Positions 63,961-64,000 of a DNA stretch of 64,000 bases are shown piece after piece. The DNA lies in contig NC_086118.1 in the NCBI RefSeq assembly GCF_963921235.1, positions 12,216,001 to 12,280,000 on the forward strand, written 5' to 3'. Position 1 is the first letter of the stretch. Each line of letters starts with the position of its first letter. The translations under genes and the position numbers were made by a program. The notes under the pieces were generated by a model. The model saw only the letters and a program-made list of their open reading frames with translations. It was not told where the DNA came from and did no database searches. This DNA comes from Mobula hypostoma. Its lineage: Eukaryota.

Positions 63961-64000
63961 AAATGCTTTTCTTTTCAATTTCTTTAACAATTTAATTTTG

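Overview
This is vertebrate genomic DNA. The repeat complement (CR1/HER1-like LINEs, V-SINE, Deu-domain SINE, abundant Rex/Babar and Penelope-like elements) suggests a cartilaginous fish, probably a ray; this is inference. The only secure host gene segment is the terminal coding exon (32152-32770, +) of a heparan sulfate glucosamine 3-O-sulfotransferase of the HS3ST3-like type. Exon 1 is not seen, so 1-32151 is probably intron. Much of the window is decayed and often nested transposons: CR1, Rex/Babar, L2, Penelope-like (PLE), Gypsy, hAT/Charlie, a Tc1-type MITE and SINEs. The most notable non-coding signal is about 10 copies, from at least 3 sequence variants or families, of a minimal type-I hammerhead ribozyme motif (stem I-CUGANGA-extra nt-stem II-GAAA-CG-UH-stem I) at PLE 3' ends. 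Several sit in inverted-repeat non-autonomous units, one bounded by a 15-bp target-site duplication (TSD) just 3' of the HS3ST gene. Weak candidate exons of an unidentified minus-strand gene or pseudogene lie at 41.5-63.5 kb. Repeat boundaries were set by eye and are approximate unless a TSD or terminal inverted repeat (TIR) is cited.
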